A stretch of DNA of 61,752 nucleotides, the filler included, from Trichosphaerium sp. ATCC 40318 (taxonomy: Eukaryota > Protista > Tubulinea): assembly GCA_038496445.1 (NCBI GenBank). It is 3 parts of 3 records of this genome, joined end to end, with 100 filler letters (N's around TTAATTAATTAA, not from the genome) between each part and the next. Parts side by side here need not be neighbours in the genome. Positions count along the whole stretch, not along the records: positions 50,953 to 61,752 come from JALMLS010000297.1; 2 more parts are not named here. One strand, given 5' to 3'. The translations under genes were made by a program, and so were the position numbers. The notes beneath the pieces are model-generated. The model was not told the DNA's origin. It saw only the letters and a program-made list of their open reading frames with translations, and searched no databases. Within the stretch, counting starts at the first letter, position 1; the number at the start of each line of letters is the position of its first letter. Below are positions 51,937 to 61,752 of the stretch, piece after piece.

Positions 51937-52906
51937 ATGGCTCACGGTTCTGCAAGTAAGCATGCTCTTGTACGCATAGCAATGATGGGACCTCAATCAT
52001 GCGGAAAGACGGCGCTAGTTTCAATGCTAACTACAGGAAACTTTGTAGAGACTTATGGTAAGCACAAGCCTTTTGCTTCTTTTCTTTAACGTTTTTCCCG
52101 CTGGCCACGTTTTGAAGTTATTCTTTGATTTCTTGGTCTTCCTCGAGTCTCACTCTTTTTCGTATAGAGCCTACCATTGAAGACAATCATCACTCAAGCG
52201 TTAAAATACGAAAAAAAGATCAAAAAGTTCTTATCATTGATACAGCTGGCTCGGAGAGTTCCAAAACTATGAAACAACAATGGGCAAGCCAAGCTCAGGG
52301 TATTGTGCTAGTATACGTACGTATTTGCTTTAAAGTGTCAGCAAAACCTGCAAAAAAAAATTCACATGTGTATCACGTGATACACAAAAAAAGTTTCGGT
52401 TGTTTTTTTTGCTTGTTTTTCTCTTTCAAGTTCTTACGTTTTTTTTCGTTTAGGATGTTACTAGTAGAAGTTCTTTTGAGGCTATAGACGATGAAAGAAA
52501 ACTTATCCTACAAGCAAGAAGAACAAAGAAATTCAGGATTATTCTCATTGGAAATAAAATTGATAAAACAGTAAGACGAGTTGTTACAACAGCAGAAGGA
52601 AGGCTTTACGCAAAAAAAAACAATATGAAGTTCTTTGAAACTAGTGCTCGGTTCAATACGAATGTGACTAGTCCTTTTGAAGAGGTAGTAAAGTATGTAC
52701 TGAAGCACGATAAAGGAGGTAGAACAACAAAGTCAAAGTCAGCAAGACCACATTCTTTACAGAAAGGAAAAAGTTTTAACGGAACAGAGGGAAGGATAAA
52801 AAGGGCTCAGAGCGTATCTGCTAGACCTCATAAACTTAAAAAAGGCTCCAGTTTTTCAAGGATGTCTTTCAGACGACTTGTTTCATCTAAAAGGATGGAT
52901 GAATGA
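51937..52906 (+). CDS. Atypical Ras-family small GTPase, 3 exons
   Basis: G1 GPQSCGKT, G2 YEPTIED, G3 DTAGS, G4 NKID, G5 ETSAR; basic C-terminal extension; no CAAX. Confidence 0.92.
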
Positions 52907-53300
52907 AGCATATTGTAAACTTTTCTCAGGATAATTATAAAATAATAAACAACTTGTACACTAGAAAAAAAAAGCCTTCACGCTCCTAGGAGTTGATCAC
53001 TGTCGTTTTAGAAAACAAACGCCGAGTATATTAGTAAACGTTGAAAGAGCGAAACTATGTTTTTTTGGATTCCACGTAAGGCTATTTATCTGAGCAACGC
53101 GTGTCTCAATCGTATAAGGTTTACATAGCCGGAACCTTGCAAATAGTTTTTTGAGTAGCTTTGATTTTATTTTCCTTGTATGATGGGCCACACTGCCTTG
53201 ATGGGTGGTAGCGAATACTCTCACCGAACTAAATTGCAGAGATTTAAGTCATCTAATCCACTAACCTACATGTAATGTCGGTTCAATTACCAACGGTTCT

Positions 53301-55318
53301 GTAAAAAACGAAAGCGAACTCTGTGTTATATCTAGATTACCATTAGAATGCCTGTGGATGATTTGGTGGCATATATGGCCTTACAGCCATACAATCCAGT
53401 TAACGTACGTAACAAATCTATTTTAGAGCGCAAAAGCTTATTCCGGTAGTCTGGTTTGTAAAGAATGGTATGAAGCTATTAAACGCGACAGTTTCTGGCA
53501 CAGCTTGATGCCAATTGGATTTAAGCTTGAACCAGCCAGCACGTGGAAGAAAAGAGTAAGAAACCATCAAATACGCGTCTTAATGAGTTTAATAACAACT
53601 CAAAGTGCATGGAAATGTCAGGAGCGCTACACTGGGAAAGGCACGTGGTCACCACGATACAAGAAAAAAAAGCAAAATGCGTAAAACTTGTCCAAAATCA
53701 CGTGTTTTTCTTACTCTTTTAACGCGATATAGTTGCTTTCAAGATTCTAAAATTATTAAGCGGAATAATTGTATTCCAGGATGTATTACAGAGATCCATC
53801 AGGACGGATTTGGTGCAGTAATTATACTTCAAAAGTACAACGAAGTTAGTGAACTGCATATTTTTAAAGAAGGCGAAATAGAAGTTTTTGAAAAAAACAT
53901 TGACGACATAGTAGTCACGTACCTAAACCGTAAGTACATCATATACTACAATGATACATTATAAAGACTTTACAGAACAGTTAGCTTCTCATCACATACA
54001 GTCAACGTACACACATAGTGGAGTTGACTAGCCATCGTACAGCTTTTTTTTTGTGTGTTTTTTTTGCTAACTAAAATGTAGCTTATACAAAAGAACTGAC
54101 AATAGCCAAGAAGAATAGAAAAACAAACGGAAATATCCACCTCTTCAGATTAGGAAATATCAAAGAACCCTTTAGGAGGTTAAATACAAACATTGGATTG
54201 GGTTCCAACTCCATTAATGCACTGAATAAGCGCCTTTATTCAATAATCGTGAACCATAAGTGTGTTGTGGTACGTCTATCAATATCGGTGCGACATTTAA
54301 CAGTTAAATACCAAAAAAAGGTTTTGAGGGTGACACAAGAGAGAAACACAGATACAAGTTTTTTAATTTTATATTTTCCTTTCATTGAAGAAGAAGGTCC
54401 AATGTATGTTGCTTTTTTCTTTCAATATTAATCTTAATCACTACCTTATTGTCACAAAAGTCCATTACAAGGTGTTATAATCAACAGATACGGGATGGAG
54501 TATACTGTATCCAACTCTTTGACAACAATGATTCTTTTTTCATCTTAGAAGAAATGCACAGAAAAAAGATCATACAAAGGGTTTCTCTTGGTTCTAGTGA
54601 TGGACTGAGAAAACAATGTTTAAACAAGCCTCGCGTCCATTGAGAAAAGCTACTTTACTTCGTTCTTGTTCTGGACATTCTCATTTCTTGTTGTATCAGA
54701 AATCGTTTGCTGGAGTGACTAGACTTTCAGTAGCAAGTGTTGATTTGAATAACTATGGCGAAGCCACAGACATACTATTTCTTCCACAACCGCACAATAG
54801 TGTCACTGAATATAACGCAAATAGAGGTATGTACTCATGCACTCGTTTTTAAAAAAGATACAGCACACTGTACAGAAAATTGACACAATGCATGTATGCT
54901 GTTTTTTTTTTCATTTTCTTTTGTTACGAAAAAGTTGAAGTAGCACGTGTATTTGACAAGTTTTATGTTTGCTCATTTATATTTTGTTGTAGATACCTTA
55001 TTAATATGTACGCACTATTCAGTTCAACTCTTTCACGTAAACACCAAAAACTGTTTGTTTAAATGTGGAATATCACAAGGTGTACTTGTTCCTATGTTTT
55101 GTCACGTGGATGTTGACAATCAACTTATTATTATCTCTGGTGTCCAAGAATGTATTGTATTAAATACATTTGGTAACAAGATATTATCATTCAGGCATAG
55201 TGATCCATTGAAGTGTATAAAACAATTAAACAATACAATTGTATATTACTCGAAACAGGAAGTATCATCAGATGTTACAAAGCAGCAGGTTTTCAGAACA
55301 CTTAAAATAAAACTGTAG
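53301..55318 (+). CDS. F-box protein with a beta-rich (possibly propeller) C-terminal region; start uncertain
   Basis: LPLECLWMIWWHIW...LT|LVCKEWYEAIKRDSFW F-box split by a GT-AG intron; further open exons to TAG at 55318. Confidence 0.7.
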
Positions 55319-55851
55319 AAATAAATGATAGCTCTGTCATAGTTTCCCAGATAACACACATAACTTATTAGCTGAATGACGGATTTGACTGAAACGCTAT
55401 TTATTTTAACGTTAAGCCTACTTTTAAAAGGGCACTTGACAGATTACAAGTACCTATATTTATATGCATTGGTATATTTTCGTTCATCAAGACACCATAC
55501 TCTTGGTTATGTATTGGTTTTTCTTTGTTCTTTGTCAAACATGGCTTGGTTATGACACTTGTACGTAGTTTTACTATTGGTCCAAGAGGTACAAGTACTT
55601 GGAAAGATATGGGAAGGCCTACAAACAAAATATGTAGAGAAAAATACTTGACTTTTTGGCGTAAGTGGTTTCAGATAACCTGCTTCTTATAATTTTTAAT
55701 AACAGATACACGTCCGTGTTTAAAACAACCACCAGGCAGTATTCACCCAGAAACAAAAAACTCATAGACTACAGGAGATGAACAAACTTAAGTATTTATT
55801 CAGCAACTTTTTTTATCATAAAAGGGTGACAAGCACTGGTTTGGGAGGATC

Positions 55852-56245
55852 TTAGCAACTTCCGCATGCTGCTTCACTCCAGCAACACCATTTATCACTT
55901 CTGATACGGAAACATAATAGAGATCCTGGGTAACAGTATGCAGTTGAGCCTTGAATAAACAATTGTTAGTACCAACATAAACAATTGTATGTTACTCGTA
56001 CATTGACCACGCTTTTTGTGACCGTGTTTATGCCATCCAGGAGAACACCATCCATTTGTGTCACAGGTTTAACCACAGAGTAATGGTCCTTGCTAAAGAA
56101 ACGGTGTGAACAAGAATTCTATGAGGTGGTAACAAAAAGGTTTACCTCAGTTGCTTTTAGCTCTTTCATTGAGTTCATGAGATTGGACCGCCAAGGCGAA
56201 AGTTTAAGCGGCAAGTACAAAGACAATAAGAGTAGTTGTTTTCAT
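55852..56245 (-). pseudogene. Third copy of the 10-Cys prepropeptide, disabled
   Basis: Same 3-exon layout with all 10 Cys kept, but TAA at codon 14, a +1 shift before intron 1, and GAA>TAA in exon 2. Confidence 0.85.
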
Positions 56246-56699
56246 CAGGGTTTACGTTCAAGAATTAGTGAGGTGTTGTTTAGGTTGGATAGTTTTGAGT
56301 TTGTGATGACTATAATCAAGATCAAACACCCAATACTCAATGTTGTCGTTGAACATCATGATAACTTATTTATTATGAATAGTTCCTACAAAGACTGGAC
56401 ATCAAGAATGTAAGTACAAATGTGCCAAAATGGTGAATTGGACAAGCAAGAATGTGAGTATGGCTTTACAGCAATGCATTGTTGATTATCAAGTGATAGC
56501 GTCCAATATTTTGTTGGAATCTGATTGTTGTAGATCCAACAACAAGGCTACCTATCAAGCTACACTTTGGCGGACACATTAGCCAATACAAAGTGCAAAT
56601 AACAGGCTCTCCAACTCAAAGCTGACAAATTTGATGATTGCCTGTTTGATTGTTACCTCCAATGATGTGAATATTATTACTCGACAAAGGGGCTAAAAA

Positions 56700-57012
56700 T
56701 AAATCATTGGTGCACTGAGGACACAAAAAGGCGAGTACATATAATATTAGCTTTCCTTGGAACATACGTTGTGACCTATATTCACAAGGGAAGTGGAGAA
56801 CCATTGTGGGTGATAAAGGTATACGTTACATCACACAGATCCCGCAAAGGCTGTACAGTGGACACAGGGGATTATATATCTATTTCTACAATTCCCAAGA
56901 GGAGATGGAAGATAAATACACGCACTATAGGCAAGGAAAGACATATACCCAAGGAAAAAAGAGAAAAATTGAACTTAAGGAGCAGCTAAATATGAAAAAA
57001 ACACAAACTTAA
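56700..57012 (+). pseudogene. Frameshifted inverted paralog of the C-terminal domain of 58442-59790
   Basis: TYIHKGSGEPLWVIKVYVTSHRSRKGCTVDTGDYI / YFYNSQEEME versus TFVHKPSAQAVKWITIYVTTCRARAGCTVDTNDYIYFYDSEEQMQ. Confidence 0.7.
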
Positions 57013-58441
57013 AGGAAAAAAACAAGATAGTTTGAGCAACATTGCTGTCTGCAATTGTGTATGTTAAAACGTTTATTATGTAGAAATCAACCCCTTAATA
57101 AAATAAGATTTGTTATGCGTGAAAGCTAGGTTCTCAATACACCTGTTGCATATGCACGTGCTATCATAGAACTTAGTTCTGCAATCAATTCACCAAAACA
57201 TTAAACAGCAAAGTCACAACATGCTTTTTTTTGACTATTATCTGAAAAAAACTGGATATTTCCGTTGTTCAGTGTAGAAAGAGTTGCAATTTCACCTCTT
57301 GCTTAAAACTTCACTGCTAGTGCTCTAATTGCTAAAATGGTACTTTATGTGTAGTGTACACAACTTTAACTCAGTTTCTCCTAGTGATGTTCCAAACGAA
57401 TAGAATACGAATCTATTGAATGAAGATGTGGAACATTTCAAGTGTTTGGTTGGACTGAACAAGACTGTCAATATCAAAGGACACAATAGAAAACAACAAC
57501 AACAATGGCGAGTAGCAATCAAAACATCCTCTCACCCTCTTCTTGTAAAAAATTATTTCTTTATTTTTCCTTCAAACACATTTGCAATTCACACAAGTAT
57601 TCTTAAAAGTAGAATAAATCCGCTCGTGTGGCTACGCTAGAGCCACCAAAGACTGAGCGTCTTTCCTCCCAAGCGCGCCTCCCTTATATTGACAACTTGT
57701 CAGTTGTCCAATCTAACACCAAAACGTAAAAAGTTGGAAATAGTCAACAAAATTCCGATTCGGTTCAGAGAAGAGCGACTACTCATGTTTTTAAATGCAT
57801 AGCTCTACACATAGAGTGGTTGAAAGCCCTATTAAAATGAGTTTAGGATATCTACATTTTAGCGGTAAAACTAAGTCACAGTAGGCCTAACCGACACTAT
57901 TGTTGTGAAATTGTGCCAGTGGTGACGTTTTTTTGACAATTCAAGCCTATCTTGAGCGCGCCACGTGATCTTTTTTTTTGACGTCTAAAAACCACTTTTT
58001 AGTCCATGCCTAGAAATAGCCATCACTTGAGGTAAAACATATTTTGACATAATTTTTTGTAGTTTGATCTGTTCAGTCACTGTATTAAAAAAAAGTCTCA
58101 GCCGTTGTGAGGATGTAAAGAAATGGTTTTAGGACAGTAAGAAGGATGTAATTTGTGCCGTTTTGTATCACCATAAAAGCGAGAGAAGATATTCTAATTA
58201 CTAGCAAATACCAGTATCACTAAATAGTTCTGACAGCTATTGACACAGTACAAAATCTTTATTGTTACATGCAAAGTTTGAAATCTAAGAAAGTTCATCA
58301 CTCAATCGTCTACTTGCCTTCTGAAAGAAGCACTCATCGTTATTTTTTATCAGGCAAAGGCGTACTTATCCTTCTTTTTTTTACCACCCTATTTTCTTGT
58401 TTTCTACTTGTGTCAGCAATGATAACAAGAGAAAAAAGTTC

Positions 58442-59790
58442 TTACGTATTATTTGAATGTCGTTTTTGAGGTTTCTTTTGTTTTTCTATGTTTCTTTTCT
58501 TTTTTTTTTCTATTTCGTACTGGGCTTGCATTTGTTCTTCAGAATCGTAGAAATATATATAGTCGTTTGTGTCCACAGTACACCCTGCTCTTGCTCTACA
58601 TGTTGTAACGTATATCGTGATCCACTTGACCGCTTGTGCACTTGGTTTATGCACAAAGGTAGCTTTGTATTTACCAGGAAAGGCAAAAGCAAGTATTATG
58701 TCATATTTGCTCTTTTCAGGGCAAGAGTGATTTATCATCAACCCTTTATTGGCATACTTTTCGTTTAGTTCCTCGGAGCTCTCTCCACAGCCAAAGGAGA
58801 TCTTGTCAAACGAATTCCTTGACAGCTTTGGAGTGCCTGTTATATCAACCCTGTACTCTTTCATGGGCTTATTAAATATGAGTTTGAGTGGTTTTCTTTT
58901 CTTTGGGTCAAGAGCAACTGACTTCCAAAATAATGAAGGTGTCTAGAACGTATTTTATAATGGAATTGCGTATGGTATTTAACTCACCTTCACCCTTAGT
59001 TGCGTTACCATTATTGCCAGTATGTACTGCCCTACGCTATACATATAATCTTCACCTGATGTGCTGTTAATTTTTGTTGATGCGTGGCTCTGTATGTGTG
59101 TTTGTTTCGTTTTCTTGGAGGCTGTCAACAGTTCTTTTGATGTTTGCATTAGCAACCGTTCTTCAGCCAAACTTCTAACACCAAAATGTTCGTTTGGTGT
59201 CAAATCACTTCTCGTCACGTGATTTTCAATACCATATGCTCTACTTTGCAAACTGGAAAAGTACTTATGGATTTGTATGTTTTCATTGTGGTAAATCTTA
59301 GCTATTGTGGCCGCTGTAAGATGCGTTTTCGTTCGAGCATTAATATTAGCGCCTGCAACTATTTTAGCGTCTAACAACGAAACTTAGTCGAAAAAATGCC
59401 GTGCCTTGTTTTATGAGGTAACGAATGATATCCATGTTTCCTTTTGATGCTGCTATGTGTAGCGGGGTCTCACCGGCTTTATTAGTAAGGTTAACATCAA
59501 TCCTTGTACAAAGCCGTTCAACTAATTTCAAATTGTTGTTTGAAACCGCCACGTGTAATAGAGTATCTCCATCTGGTGTTATGTCAAGAAAGAGCAATTA
59601 TCGGTGGCTGTAGACGTACGCTGCGTTTGTACATCCTGAAGTTGATTCGTAGGGTCATTTATAGCGTCTCGCATTACTTTGCTGTCTTCGTGGACTGCAT
59701 GAAACAATAGTTTGCTGTATGAAGTCTTAAATACGTTAGAATCTCAAAATTTGCATATAGGATTACCAAACTATCCGTCGTTTCAGTCAT
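58442..59790 (-). CDS. Ankyrin-repeat protein with an unknown C-terminal domain and Lys-rich tail
   Basis: GDTLLHVAVSNNNLKLVERL, GETPLHIAASKGNMDIIRYLIKQGANINAR; spliceable exons down to the 58442-58864 ORF. Confidence 0.75.
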
Positions 59791-59929
59791 TTAGATTTAA
59801 CCATTTTTTGGTATTTGGATTATTTATTAAGAAATGTTCGATTTAAGGTTCTCTAAGTTCTTACTCTGTTTGACCATTGGCAGCAAGTGTAATAATACTT
59901 AGTTTGTGCAGTATTTTTGTCTGGTTACC

Positions 59930-60160
59930 CCTTTCACATAGCCTAGTAAACTGATTTGGTATCACCCTGATGCAAATGTCAATGGTACAGATAATCGTGG
60001 ACAAACAGCTTTAGACGTTGCTGGCAAGATGATGCAAATAAAATGATGTTCTAACACTTCCAGCATGCCGTGGAGACCATGATACTGTTAAATTACTTCA
60101 AAGCACAAGTGAATATTAACCTTACTAACAATAACGGACACACTCCTTTATACCAATCAG
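59930..60160 (+). pseudogene. Ankyrin repeat relic
   Basis: HPDANVNGTDNRGQTALDVA and NINLTNNNGHTPLY fragments in broken frames. Confidence 0.6.
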
Positions 60161-60751
60161 ACACTCTCATTGTACCAATGTATGTTCTAATACTATACAG
60201 CAAACGTTAAGTTGTTCGAACTTGTTCGAAAATTCTATTGTTTCAACCATATTTACCTCAGTGCCCTTCGCGGCCGTATAACAATAGTTAAAGCTGAAAA
60301 GTTACACAAAATTTTTTCGAACGAACAGCCAACTTGTTCGCTCGCGCAAACAATTTTATGTGCCAATGGAAGCCAAGTTGGTAGTTGTTCGAAAAAGGAT
60401 TGACATTAGTTTGATGAAACAAGAGACTACCTATTGTAACAGATTCTACGTAAAACGAAAGTTCGTGTAAATTCAATTCCTTTGGTAGTTTTTTATTGCT
60501 TTTACAAAATAAATGATTTTGTGTTCAATTTAATACAATAACGAAAGTGAGCGTGCCATGGCAAAATGGTGGAGTGGTGGAAAGAGGCTGTGTGTTTTCC
60601 AACACCTCTAATATTTCACATACTAACTATAAATATTAAAAGTTATATAGAATAGCAATTTATGCTCCAACAAATTCTAGTATGTGCAGTCTCATTATTC
60701 GACTCTTCAACGCATGTGATTAAATTATCAGTTTCTTTATGCTGCACAAGG

Positions 60752-61752
60752 TCATATTGAGAGCTGATCTTGGTGGTATAACTCACAGTAAGCAGGGAGA
60801 TCATATTCCAAAAATGCCGCGATTTTGAGTGGTGTTAGACAGTACTCGGTTGTAACTGTAGTCGATGCACCTGTTGATAAAGTCAACATTGAAAAGCGCT
60901 AATAAAGCGAACTAGTTTATTTTCGCACCACTAGCCAGCAAGAATTTAATAACATCAGCATTTTTTGTTGCCACAGCATAGAATAGAGGAGTAGCGCCTC
61001 TGCGATTAGTAGCTTCGAGAAATGCTCCATCTGAAAGAAGAGTCCTTACGTTTTCTACAGTACCATAGGCTGCTGCAAAGTGAAGTGCGGTCTCTCCATC
61101 TAGCTATGTTTAGTCATGTATAAATACGATAAACGCACTTTGACTTTGATTGAATAGCCCCAGGATACTGAAAGTATATTCAAATGAGAAATTACTATGG
61201 AGAGAAATGCGTGCCTCCTCAACACAACCTATGCCATGTGAACATGATATGAATAACATATTTTGATCACGTTTATTTGTGGTGCTGAAGGGTATTTGTG
61301 ATGGTGGTGCAATGTAGTGGACTTCTATTTCATTCGAGTACCCATTCACTTGTTTCAAAATTAGTACATTTGCTCATCAGAAACACAATTACTTACAACA
61401 CAATACTCTCACCCTTTTCACTGTTGGACTATACTCGACTGGCATATTTATGCCTGTAATAACTGTAGCGGCTTTATTCAAAACTGATTGAAGTTCGAGG
61501 TCCGAAATTAAAATCTTGCATGGCCCCACTATTCTTTTCCCGGAGATCATAGCACCTTAAAAGTAGAATTATCCAAAGAAGTATCGTCTAACTTACTTGT
61601 CACGTGCTGTCCGAGTATTATTTGTGGGTGCGAAATACAATCAATACGAGGCGGAAGTAGTGATTTGCCTTGAATGTGTTAAATGCGATAAAGTCGTAGT
61701 TGATAACAAATCACTAACCTATCCACGCATGCGCTGTAACATTCATTGAAAC
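60752..61752 (-). CDS. Ankyrin-repeat protein, 3' part (continues beyond the window; stop position uncertain)
   Basis: DGETALHFAAAYGTVENVRTLLSDGAFLEATNRRGATPLFYAVATKNADVIKFLLASG, with upstream open exons. Confidence 0.7.

Noticed and set aside
20875-56210. Stop-codon reassignment suggested by in-frame TAA/TAG in LRR, MORN, mucin and peptide genes
   Set aside because: The stops align with different residues (K, Q, E, L), co-occur with frameshifts, and conserved genes (GST, Ras, RasGEF) end normally at TAA/TGA; these are nonsense mutations or sequence errors.
1-61752. tRNA, rRNA or snRNA genes
   Set aside because: No convincing cloverleaf or conserved rRNA/snRNA motif seen by eye; a covariance-model scan would be needed to exclude them.

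Overview
AT-rich (roughly 35% GC by eye), intron-dense eukaryotic DNA, most consistent with an amoeboid protist (short 35-60 nt GT-AG introns, Dictyostelium-type Cys repeats, RasGEF, filamin repeats). It is three contigs joined by artificial 100-nt N/TTAATTAATTAA/N linkers (28647-28746 and 50853-50952). The ORF track mostly shows exon fragments, so genes were rebuilt by hand-splicing. Contig 1 opens with a ~15 kb inverted duplication (mucin-like gene, LRR relic and GST in each arm) around two tandem type-I membrane proteins with a divergent DNRLRE/CBM96-like domain. It then carries PTT-repeat mucins, a secreted Cys-rich protein, F-box-LRR genes and an F-box-RasGEF. Contig 2 has an F-box-LRR, a coiled-coil/SPRY-like gene, a tandem Tudor/Agenet-like gene, F-box-like/MORN genes, a non-autonomous hAT element, a DHX57-like helicase and a filamin-repeat fragment. 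Contig 3 has an atypical Ras, an F-box protein and ankyrin genes. The most notable signals are: (i) a three-exon family of prepro 10-Cys defensin/toxin-like peptides (two intact head-to-head copies with identical mature peptides, plus a pseudogene); (ii) a rapidly turning-over set of F-box + LRR/MORN genes with scattered LRR fragments, resembling giant-virus gene architectures; (iii) strong enrichment of CACGTG palindromes, especially in longer introns; and (iv) several GC-AG introns.
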